64,000 bases of DNA from Octopus sinensis (taxonomy: Eukaryota), in assembly GCF_006345805.1 (NCBI RefSeq), contig NC_043000.1:43276001-43340000 (forward strand), in the 5' to 3' direction. The notes beneath the pieces were generated by a model. It made no database searches. It saw only the letters and a program-made list of their open reading frames with translations, and had not been told where the DNA came from. Made by a program: the position numbers and the translations under genes. Positions 52,431 through 64,000 of this stretch are shown one piece after another; the stretch's first letter is position 1, and every line of letters starts with the position of its first letter.

Positions 52431-55400
52431 AATGCTGGGGTTCACAACTATATTATTTGAACACAGAATTACCGATTGTTTTAAATACATATATCGGCGT
52501 GGCGTAAGCCAGAAATTAAATCAAATTCGTTATTTAAACTTATCTATATTAGAAGTGAAATTAGAGTTTCATGAGAATGCGTTCATTGATTAGATAGATT
52601 TACAAACGATTACTTTTAAATCAATTGGAAGCGAATTCTTTGATTGCCTTTTCTGATTTTATAATTTTTTGCAAAATATAAGTTCTTTGAAAATAGATCT
52701 TATACACACGCACCTCACACTCTCATACTTCTCATTTTGTTCACATCATCCACCATATTTCTTTGTCTATCGAACATACTACGTTCTTTCTCATAAACAA
52801 GTTTTTGTTTAGTTTAGGTTTGCAGCATCATTAAATATTATTTATAAACGACATTTAAAACTTAAAACATGAAAAAGAAAAGATTTGAGAATTTATTTTG
52901 AATGGATTCAGGCTTCGTTGGTGTGACGATAAGTGCAACGTTTTAATCTCTCACCTAAATCAACCTCTTTGAGTCATATTCTATTTATTACTTAATTTTT
53001 ATAGCAGTCTTCTCATATAAACATCGATAACATTTTAAAATCTCGAAATTCGATTGATAAAATGTTTGTCTTCTAAGAGACTAATTCATTTACTTAAGAT
53101 TAAAGAAAGAAAACTTCGAATTCTTTAATAATTTAAATTTCAACGGTAAAATTTGCAAAGATTCATTGATGTGGAATGTAAATTGACGCGATCGTCTTTA
53201 CTTAGTACGAGAAGGAAATACATATCTAGACAATTATTGCGTAAAAGAAGCGCTTCAAATAAATGATACCCGTTAACTGGGCAAACACAAATGTGAAAGA
53301 TACAACAAGAAATTTAAAAAGGGGAGATACAGAGGAGTTGTTAGGTAAAATGAAGTTGTTAGATAAGGTGAATCATTTAACGATTCTGATCTTGAATAAT
53401 AGTATATATTATTTTAACTGGAGTACTGAATCATAGAAAAATATTACCAGCCTTTAAATCACCAAAATTTATCTTTAGAGTATTTCGTAAAAACGCTGTA
53501 AGCATAATAATATGTACCAAAATGTATTTTTTTAATTATATAGCTTGCAATCTCAGATACCCAACATTGCAAATGGAAACTTCACCAGAAAGTCTGGTCA
53601 TCTCCTCGCAAGCCATAAAAATATTTCGGTTCCCAATACTCACAAACTCTAGTGCGATCTTCCATAATAGTGAGATCCTGCATCAGAATCGGTGATGCTA
53701 CTTCACAAATAAGCATCATCTACTACATCCTCCATGAAGACTGTCCAACTGATTGTCTTGAAATCGTTTTCGTACACATTCCAATACATAGAGCACACAC
53801 AAGAATTTTCTCATAATCTACCTTTACCACCAAGCCACGCACATTCGTAGATTATCCACTAGATATTTCTTGCTTTACACTCCTCATCTCCAATCAATGC
53901 CCACGTGTAGTCTCATCACCAAAAACACTTGCCCATTGAATCTACCCAGAACATAATTTCTCTCAAATTCCCGCTATACACATGTTTTCCATACAAACCC
54001 CAGTATCAATATTAGTCACAAGCACTGCAAGAAAAGTAGTACGGAGAACAATAGGGAATTAAACAAAAACAAATAACAATAATAACGAACAAAATTAAAG
54101 CAATAAAATCCCAAGTTCCAATAGGGGAGAAACTCTACCCAAGTATGACGAAGAACCACACCGATTCTTCGTCGTAGCACAAAACTGGGTTACTTACGTA
54201 GAAGAGCTCTCCATGGTAGTCATTGAAGAAATTCTAGGGATCAAATCTACGTTCGGCAGATCTCCGTTCAATTTTGACCAGTTAACGTATTCGATACAAT
54301 AAATCGTCAATACACTCTAGTTCCCCAGAAATAACTTATTTTGAATTGTTCCTTTTAAAATTGAAAAGTCTCTTTTAAAGAAATTTAGCCAGATACATCG
54401 AACATTCTCTCATGTTGAATTAATTGACTGTTAACAAACACGGAGTGGGAGGAAAAGAAAACAGTGGAATCAACAATTTTACAAAAAAGCAGTTGGATAT
54501 CCAACTTCATTAAAACTGATATTTGTCTTTGGATTCATGGCTCGGCTCAATAAGTGAGGATATGATGGGTTTCAGATGATCAATTGAATGAAATAGAAAC
54601 AAGCCAGAGCATATATCCTCTGCTCATCTAATATATCAACTCAAACTAAAGTGTCTGCGATTTGAATTCATACTAAAGGGAAATGTACAGCTGTTGATAA
54701 ACACTTCCCAGTGTCCTTAAAACTTCATAGTGTTACTGGAATATCTCACTTTGTTGTAGTTTGCAGAGAGGCTATAGCATTTGATGAATGCAGTCAACGA
54801 AATAGTTGAAGAATTCAATTGCAAAGAAAGATTTCCTGTGACTCATATCGTTTTTAGTAGTGCTACATTGGATATTGTGCAGTCAGAGGGTTGAAGGCAG
54901 AGATGGTGTTATTAGTACACTAGTATGTTATAACAGGATAGTAGAGATTGTAGACAACTGTTTTTCATATTGACTCTTTGTTCACGTCGACAAATTACAC
55001 AATCTCATCTGCAGAAATTTTAAGTCGAATATGTATGTATATGTATCTTTGACATTTGAGTATCTCGAATTATTTTATATCATCATTATCATCATCATTG
55101 TCATCATCATCATCGTCGTCGTTATCATCATCATTATCATTATTTCTGTTGCTGATGATACAGTTGCTCTTATTGCTGGTGAAAGTGTCTGGAACAAATT
55201 TGTGTCAATGTGAAAGATATGTTAATTAAATTAGTGTTGGCGTGATCGAAACAGTGGAGCTGATTCTTGTTATTACGAAACTAGAAAGAAAACCCATTTC
55301 ACTGTAAACGATATAGATTCCAGAGTATCAAAATTGATCCAAATTGCAAGCCGCTCACAATTTTTACACTTACTGGGAAATTTCCAATAATTTCAAGGAT

Positions 55401-56279
55401 TCAGGTAAACTGTATTAAATGGTAGAGGTTACTTAATTCGCAATGAAATCTATATGAAAATGTAAATGACTCTCTATATGTTATTCTTCCTGCTAGAAAT
55501 AGCAGTCAGAAGCTCTCAGATCATAGCTCGTCGTTCTACATCACGAAAAAAACTTTGGGTTATATGGCCATTCACAAAAAATATGTTGATCGGACGGTTA
55601 CAGCTAGAATGCTTGATCGTGTAATACCTTAGTTAAGCCACACCATCTTATACACTTAGTGATAATGTTATACGAGTCGCTCTGTCTATTAGAAATAATA
55701 CACAAATTCTACTGCCTACCAAAGTCAGATTTGAAAAGCATCAACATTGATGTACAAACTGAGACTGAATGGTCAAGACTGAAATGTCTTTCATCATAAA
55801 TCTATTAATTTAGATGACATGGCACCACAAAAACAAAAAACACAAAAGACAAAACAATACAAACAGCAGTTATATATGTGCCACCAGCAAGCATCCATTG
55901 AACCAGAAGATGCGATCCATGGTATTATGATATTATTCTTTGAAAACAGAGAAATAGCCAAAAAATACTTGTGTGCAATGAAGTTTTAAGTAAGGGTTAA
56001 CATAATTGATATATTTTATCTATATTCGAGGTATCTACGGTAATCTAACTACGTGGTGTACCATTGTCCAAGGGATTCTGAAAAGAGAAATCTAAGAAAC
56101 GGACGATTAAGTGTTTTCCCCGCTGTTCTCAATTTATATTTTTTTATAAAATGCTAAACTATAACATCACATCATTAGAGCTTTTCGGGTAACAGAGCAG
56201 TAAATATTGTAATGGGTCAATATTTTTGCAATATTTTTAACTTATTCACTATATTCGTCAAATTACAACAAAAGCAGCC

Positions 56280-56420
56280 TATCATTCAAAGTAGAGGTTC
56301 TCGTGTTCTACTGTCTGAAGCCACCACTCTGCCTAATTCTTTGATCACACGCTGAAACCAGTTCTTGCCCTTCGATGTAAAGAAGTCCTTCGTTGAATCT
56401 TCCACATGCTCTTGCTAGAT
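56280..56420 (-). mobile_element. mariner extreme C-terminus
   Basis: EHVEDSTKDFFTSKGKNWFQRVIKEL / AEWWLQTVEHENLYFE* with one frameshift. Confidence 0.65.
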
Positions 56421-56429
56421 GGAAACGTC

Positions 56430-56900
56430 ACGAGCGCAGAAAAGGAGCCATGGATTGGGACAAGTAATAATTCAAAGGAAATATTTACCCGCAGTTCTAA
56501 TGCGCATGATCAGGGGCTAAACAATGACCAGCTTCTGGAACCTGTCGGCAAACATGGACATTCCCAACACACGGTGATGTTCTGAATCTAGTGGAATTAT
56601 GAGAGGATAATACCCAATAAGTTTGGTCCGGAATGTCAAACCATCGGTATCAATTGTGATCCGAAAAGCTGGAACACATGTAGGTTATTGTGCGGTAAAA
56701 ATATCCGGGATTGGTTAACAGAAAGCGAGCTCTTCGGCAGCTAAACAACGCTACACCTCGTACTGATCGAATGACAAGTATAAAATCAATTAAGTTGAGA
56801 GAATCAAACTGATGCTACACCCGCTTATAGTTCAGATGTAGCTTCCTCGGACTATAATTTTTCTCGATACATGCCTCTTATTATAAGAAGTTATAATCGA
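56430..56900 (+). mobile_element. mariner catalytic-domain remnant
   Basis: HSQHTVMF.I.WNYERII..K.GPECQTI; NNATPRT (HDNA-like); PAYSSDVASSDYNFSRYM (YSPDLAPSDY-like). Confidence 0.7.
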
Positions 56901-57943
56901 TTTAAAACTTCTTTACTCCAGTAATAAAAGTGTTAAAAGTTTTGGCAAGGTTTCATCCTTTTAAGGAATAGCTCAATTTGAATTCAATCATGATATTTAC
57001 TGATAATCACATCAACAATACTCTAATGGTTCCTATACTCTAAAGATTCCGTGAAAATATAGTCTAATTTTGCTTACATACCTATACTATCTCTATTTTT
57101 TCTTGTCATTTGAAAATAAGAGACCTTAAATTAGATTTATGTCCTCATTTGTGTCATTGTCAATTTTACTTTTAAACATCATGACAGTTGCCGAAATGAG
57201 ATGTCACTTGGTTTTATAATTTAATCTTTCACTTGGCATCGCCTAAATAATCCGACCTTTAATTATTTTATACATAATATACGAATAATATTTCGTTTAA
57301 TATACAATTTTGATTCAAGCGCTACATTTTGGATTAGTCGACAAATAATACTTCTAAGATACGGTGATACATGAACTATGTATGATTTAGAAGTTGCAGG
57401 CTTTTGTTTGTGGAAGCAATTATAGTCCACACAGACTCATGCATAGACGGTCTTTTTCAAGTAAAAGTAAGTCATGATCAGATCGAGATAGTGCAGTGCC
57501 GTCTCACTCATATAATCCATCCTCTACTCTGTTCCAAGTTATGTATTATTTCTTCATTATAAACTCCGGCGTCTGCCGATAGATCAGGGGCATACTCCCG
57601 GAGTGACGAATGCATGTCCGTTGGGATCAAGTAATCCGAAATACAGTATCATTTAACAGCTCCTGATTGCTTCTCTAGTAGTGTGTAGCAAAACGTACTG
57701 TACTTTCCGTAATAGTTTCAGATAATCTTCGATAAGGTTATTTGTGTAAATATTTCGTTTCGATTTAAATAGATACTGGCAATAATGCTTACACAGGAGC
57801 AAACCTGCATTGTTTCAGGCACATTGGTTAGCGTCCAGATTAAAACCACACATACATATATATGTATATACAAATGTGCACACACACACACATACATATA
57901 CACATACACACACACACTCGCACGCACACACACACACACACAT

Positions 57944-57974
<31 letters not shown>

Positions 57975-57976
<2 letters not shown>

Positions 57977-58520
57977 CACGAGGTCAATCCCAAAAGTAAG
58001 GTCTCCAAAAATATTGAGAAATCACAGAAATGTTTATTGTCAATGATGTTTACACCATTTTAAAGTTTGCAGTTGATGCATTTTTATGGGGCCCTGAGGC
58101 AAATTTTGTGTGCTCACCACCATGTCGGCGAGGAAGTGTTGAACCTCATCTTTCACCTCATCGTTGTTGATGAAACACATTCTTGTCAAATCTTCTTCCA
58201 GCTTAGAGAACAGGTAGCAGTCACTGGGTGCCAAGTCCGGATTATAAGGCGGGTTACCGTTTATGGTATTCTGTGAGCATTTGTGGAAACCATCTTGCGC
58301 AAAACTTCCAATAGTGCAACTTTTCACAAAAAAACCCATATGAATCCTGCTTCGGGAAACCTCAGGAGCCAAAATGCGGAGATCATCCAGAGTGATACGC
58401 CAGTTATCACTCAGGATTTGCGCAACCTTCGTAACTATCTCTTCTAAAATTGATGCTCACCCGCTTCTTTCTTCGACATGAATATCAGTACGACCAGCTG
58501 CAAACTCTCTACACCACTTG
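57975..58520 (-). mobile_element. mariner remnant, internally deleted, ending in (TA)n
   Basis: TIR tacacgaggtcaatcccaaaagtaagg; NPPYNPDLAPSDCYLFSKLEEDL...NNDEVKDEVQHFL; HTH-region remnant at 58300-58500. Confidence 0.88.
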
Positions 58521-58521
58521 C

Positions 58522-58598
<77 letters not shown>

Positions 58599-58837
58599 GG
58601 TGTATGTATATGTATATATATATATATATATTATATATATTTTTAAAAAATACATATATATATGAATGTTATATATATATATATATGTATGTATATATGT
58701 ATATATATATGTGTGTATATATATAGATACATATATACATATATAATATATATATATATATAATATATATATTATATATATATATATAATATACATATAT
58801 ATATGTATATATATATATGTATATATGTATATATATA

Positions 58838-58868
<31 letters not shown>

Positions 58869-58900
58869 TGTACGTATGTATATATATATATATATATATG
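58522..58900. repeat. (TA)n array
   Basis: Directly visible. Confidence 0.95.
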
Positions 58901-59049
58901 CATGTATGTATAAAAATGTGCATATGTATTATGTAAATGTTTCTTTGTGGCTGTGTCAGTGGACAGGTAAAACTAGATGTTTGATATTCTAGAAAGCTCA
59001 TAGAGACTAATGTTTCATGACACTTATTCACTATTAATTTTCTGCTAGA

Positions 59050-59092
59050 AGGCGGTGAGCTGGCAGAATTGTTAGCGCGCCGAGCAAACCTG
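59050..59092 (+). mobile_element. SINE family A, head only
   Basis: aaggcggtgagctggcagaattgttagcgcgccg. Confidence 0.7.
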
Positions 59093-59633
59093 AGAGGCTC
59101 TGATAAACGACCATGGTCTTCCTGGGGTAAATAAAAAAAAATTCCTAAACTGAATTTCTATTAATATTCAAATTTAGATTGCATTCTACTATATCACAGT
59201 TTTGTTTGTTACATTTTCTTTTAGATATTGCAATATATTTTTTACAGTGTGACAATATATACACAGAGTAATAAATATCTCCTTTCAATAGTGTAAATTG
59301 ATTTGTCTTTTCATGGTATATATTACTGAAGATTTTTTCTCTATCTTGTCACTAAAATTCTATATAGAATCATTATGCTCAGTTCCAAAATTTTCACTAA
59401 TGATAAAGAAATAAAATGAAATTTCTAATCTATACTCCATAGTTAATTGCTTCTCGTAACGGTAGATATAAAAATTCTACTTGTACAAAAAAATGTTTAT
59501 TTGCTTTTTACGTATCTTAACTGCTTTTAAGCAAATGAATATTAAGGCGATATATTCTTGTCACCTATGTTCCTATTTGTTTATAAATGGATTTACCTGT
59601 CTGTATATATAACGCTCTTCTTTCGCCGCTGTG

Positions 59634-59707
<74 letters not shown>

Positions 59708-61124
59708 AGTCTGTGTGTGTCTGTGTTTATGTGTGTATGTGTGTGTATGTGTATATATATGTATATATATATATTTATATGAATATATATATATACATAT
59801 ATACATATAAGTAATGTGTATATTCATATATATAAATTCCATATACATAAATATATATATACACACATACATACACGCACACTCATATATATAAATACAT
59901 TTGTGTGTGTATATGGTCTTATATATAAATATGCATAGTATACATATAAAATTAATATCTGTATATGTATTCATATGTGTGTCTGTGTATGTGTGTGAGT
60001 GTGTGTGTGTGTGTTACAAATTTATTAATCGCGACTGGCAGGAGTTTATATACGCATGCACAGAGTGTCTAGAGAAAAGGCAATGTACAAAGAGCATAAT
60101 AAAGTTTACCGTTATATGAAAAAAAAAGCTTTGTAGTGTCCTCGTTATTAAATATATGTTTATCATTGCCATACTTCTTATAGAACTTTTAGAGGCGGGA
60201 TGTTTTTATCGGTATCAAAGTAGTGGGTTCTATTTATTTTGAAAAATTTATTTATTTTTAATGAATAATGCACTCATGTGGTACGTAAACCTATTAACAT
60301 CTACTAACCTCCGACTGATGACATACTTTGGATTAGTGTGCTCTTAATGGTAGTTTTATGATGGCTTACTCGAATTTATCTCATCCCCCCTCAATCTGTC
60401 CCTCTCCCACTTTCGGTTTTATTCATTCATCAGCTTTTTCTAAATAAAAGACAACATAACGCTTTCATGTTGAATCTATATGGCACGCACGTCGTTTTGA
60501 AGATAATGTTATACGTACAAACATACACATACATACGCACACGCGCGCGATAACACACTCTCTCTCTCACAGGCACACACACACACACAAACACGAACCA
60601 CCCACACACATATGTACGATATTTGTTAGCTTTAATTATATTTTACGTTTCTAAGCTTTTATTTCAGTTCACTGAAAAGTCTGAAGTGTTTTGCCTTATG
60701 AATCGTTTGGCCTTTCATGTGCGTGCCTTCTTTAACAGCATCGATAAAGACCCACATTCACACACACACTAGTACACACACACTCACATGTACATATATG
60801 TATATATATATACACATGTATATATATATACACATACATATGCCCATGCACGCACAGATATGTACACATATACATATATATATATATATCTACACACGCC
60901 AGTATATAAATGATAATGGTATATTTATTAATAAAATGTAGACTTCAAGTATACAATTTTGAAGCACGCCAGAAGACTGACAAAATGAGAAAAAACAATT
61001 TGCATACGGTGGCTTTTCAGACTGTCTTTTGAAAACCAACATAATGCATGTGTATTTATACATGTGTATGTATGTACGTAAGTGCGTATGTATGTATGTA
61101 TATATATATATAATTATATATATG

Positions 61125-61171
<47 letters not shown>

Positions 61172-61179
61172 TATATATA

Positions 61180-61226
<47 letters not shown>

Positions 61227-61968
61227 TAAAACTTACTTGGAAAAGGATGCGTGGCGTTCGATCATATAATAATATGCATATATAGGCACAGGACATCAAG
61301 AAAACGATGACCACAATGAGAACCGAAAACATAAAATCAAAAACGTAGAAATGAACGTTTTTTCAAACAACGAAAAACACAGAGTACAAGACATACACCA
61401 CAAGGAATATTCCCCTTCTTCAGTTGTTCGTGTTTCATATTCTCCGTATTCAAAGGTAAGGACAAGACACGACTACGATGAAACAGTCCTTCCCACAAAG
61501 CAAATTAAATAAAATTTGGTAGTTTTTGCGGAGGGTAAAAGTGGTAACAAGAACAGGACAGTAAGAACAAAGCAAGACAGTAAAAACAATAAAAGTAAAA
61601 ACAGTAAAAGACAGAACAAAGAGAATAATACAGTAAAAACAAACGATGAGGGCTATCAAGTCAAGCCGATGGAGAGATTATTCTGAACGCTTAAGTAGAC
61701 AGCTTATGAAGGAAACAGATTAAGCTTGTCTGGTCTTGGTGAAGATTGCAGGGACAAGAGAGTGAAGGAGGAGGATGAGGAGGAGAAGGAGTAAGACAGA
61801 GAGAACGGTGAAGGAGAGAGGAGAGTAATAGGGAAGGTTGGGAGAGAAAACCAGGAAGGATGAAGAACATGCATCTATCAATATATATATATATATTTAT
61901 AAATATGTGTGTATCTATAAAGATATGCATGTATATATGTGTATATATATGTATATATGTAAATGTAT

Positions 61969-62053
<85 letters not shown>

Positions 62054-62580
62054 CGCGCAGGGATGACGGTGTGGTGTAAGAGGCTTGCTTACCAATCACA
62101 TGGTCATGTCCAGTCCCTTTGCGTGACACCTTGGGAAAGTGTCTTCTATAGCCTCTATGAGTGGATTTGGTAGACGGAAACTGAAAGAAGCCAACTATAT
62201 ATACATATATACATACATACATACATGCATGCATACATGTGTATAACCTTTGCATTTGATTTTTTAAAGTCTTTACCCCCATACTTTCGTGAGTTGAATT
62301 GAGCAAACACTATATGAGAGAGGTTTTCTTTAAGTATTAGAAATAGTTTAACAAAAGTTTTTTTAGCTACTATTTCTAATGAGTTCAGTATGCGGCAAAG
62401 TAATTTATTTTACTAAGCCCTTTTATATAATGTAATATATATATATACCTATATTAGTGTGTGTGTTTGTGTTTGTCCCCACCAACACTTGACAACCTAT
62501 GACAGTGTGTTTATATCCCCGTAACATAATGGTTCGGCAAAAGAGGCCGTTATAATAAGTACTCGGCTTCTAAGCTTAAA
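62054..62580 (+). mobile_element. SINE family C, split at its internal microsatellite by about 200 bp of other sequence
   Basis: Head at 62054-62200 and body at 62455-62580 both match 46652-47044. Confidence 0.75.
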
Positions 62581-62600
62581 ATAAAAGCATGAATAGAAGG

Positions 62601-62664
<64 letters not shown>

Positions 62665-62666
<2 letters not shown>

Positions 62667-63012
62667 TTTTGCTCTTTTACTGGTTCCAGTCATTTGACTG
62701 GAGCCATGCTGGTGCACCGCCTTTAGTCGAGCCTAGTACTTATTCAATCGGTCTCTTTTGCCGAACCGAATTGGTACGAGGACGTAAACACACCAGTTTC
62801 GGTTGTCAAGCGATGTTGGGGGGGGGGAAACACAGACAAACAAACATATACACACACACACACGACAGACTTCTTTCGTTTCTGTCTACCAAATCCATTC
62901 ACAAGGCTTTGGTCGGTCCGAAGCTTTAGTAAAAGACACTTGCCCAACGTGCCATGCAGTGGTACTGAGCCCGGAACCATGTGGTTTTTAAGCACACAGC
63001 CACTCCTACGCC
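62665..63012 (-). mobile_element. SINE family C, full length
   Basis: Reverse complement aligns end to end with 46652-47044. Confidence 0.9.
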
Positions 63013-63230
63013 TATGTATACACACGCATATATACATATACATATGCATATATATATGCCAACACACAGAAACACAAACATACATATATATTACAAGTAT
63101 ATTCATTATAAGCGTGTGTTTGAGAGGGCGCATGTGCATGTGTAATCTGTTTTAAGAATACGCTGGGTTTTTCGCTAATCTAAACACCTTCATTGTGTTT
63201 AGATACTGATACCAATACAAGAGGAAGCTG

Positions 63231-63352
63231 GACTCTGACGAATGTAGCATTAATACCCTAGGTCGTACAACCTTTCTCAACCGATCAATGCACCGATAGG
63301 GGACACCTGTGCATAAAGAACCTATAATGACTACTGGAAACAGCTGTAAGTC
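63231..63352 (+). ncRNA. Hammerhead-like core with a long stem II insert
   Basis: GACT CTGACGA...GAAAC AGCT GTA AGTC. Stem I is gact/agtc, stem III is the palindrome ACAGCTGT, the triplet is GUA; stem II is only gtag/ctac with two mismatches at its base. Confidence 0.45.
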
Positions 63353-63399
63353 AATTTTGTTATATTAAAGCAATATGAAATGCCCATTATTTATTCGTC

Positions 63400-63437
<38 letters not shown>

Positions 63438-63488
63438 AATATTAAATTTCTAAATATATCATAGAGATATGTACGCTGGTGGGGCGAG

Positions 63489-63684
63489 AGAATGGTTTTA
63501 TACTGTTAAGTTAACGTGACAGTAGGGGATTACACCTCCGCTGTTTAGCCCTAGGAAGCATCGGGTTCGACACATTTAAGGACACAGGAAATGTGTCGAA
63601 GCCGACAGGAAGCGTTGATGCTTCCTAGGGCCAAACAGCAGTGGTGTAATCCCCTACTCTCACGTTAAATTGACAGTATACAAC

Positions 63685-63690
<6 letters not shown>
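63489..63690. mobile_element. Foldback MITE (about 200 bp hairpin) adjacent to (TA)n
   Basis: agaatggttttatactgttaagttaacgtgacagtaggggattacacc...ctaggaagcatc...ttcgacacatt is mirrored on the right arm, which has a ~13-nt insertion. Confidence 0.88.
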
Positions 63691-63778
<88 letters not shown>

Positions 63779-63781
63779 CTG

Positions 63782-63812
<31 letters not shown>

Positions 63813-64000
63813 CGTTTTGTTGAATGTAGAGTGGAAATGAGGACCATGTAATTTAGAAATCAGTTTTGTAATGATATGGCAGCATTATGGCTTTTTGTAA
63901 TATCTATTAACTTAACCGCGTATCGAAAGGATCTTTCTTAATGAAAGTATGCAGAAATAATGTATGAAAAAGCAGATGAGATGATTTTTATCTGTGATAG

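Noticed and set aside
53530-54020. Possible LINE endonuclease remnant on the minus strand
   Set aside because: Only vague WL..KV...ILVCA similarity; too decayed to call.
54198-54320. WSKLNGDLP, similar to an Ig-domain motif (also NDGSLYFS near 37280)
   Set aside because: No flanking Ig cysteines, and the two motifs are in the wrong order for an L1-type protein.

Overview
Very AT-rich eukaryotic genomic DNA, most likely an octopus (inferred from the SINE, RTE and microsatellite repertoire), and probably intronic or intergenic. No intact host gene can be supported; most ORF-track entries are translations of (TA)n, (CA)n or (AAT)n repeats. The window is a mosaic of decayed mobile elements: a pogo-like element with an internal inversion, about 6 mariner remnants, two RTE LINE fragments, two R4/Dong-like RLE LINE 3' ends, a Penelope element (RT plus GIY-YIG), three tRNA-derived SINE families, two Helitron/Helentron-like copies, a short LTR with a tRNA-Ser primer-binding site, and three foldback/MITE hairpins. 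The most notable region is 29.2-33.0 kb, where one (AAT/ATC)n tract has collected at least 8 insertions. These include R4/Dong ends, three variably truncated copies of a non-coding TAA-associated retroposon, and two oppositely oriented elements with minimal hammerhead-ribozyme cores. Two more hammerhead-like cores occur at about 37.0 and 63.3 kb. All alignments and translations were done by eye, with no database searches, so family names and some boundaries are approximate.
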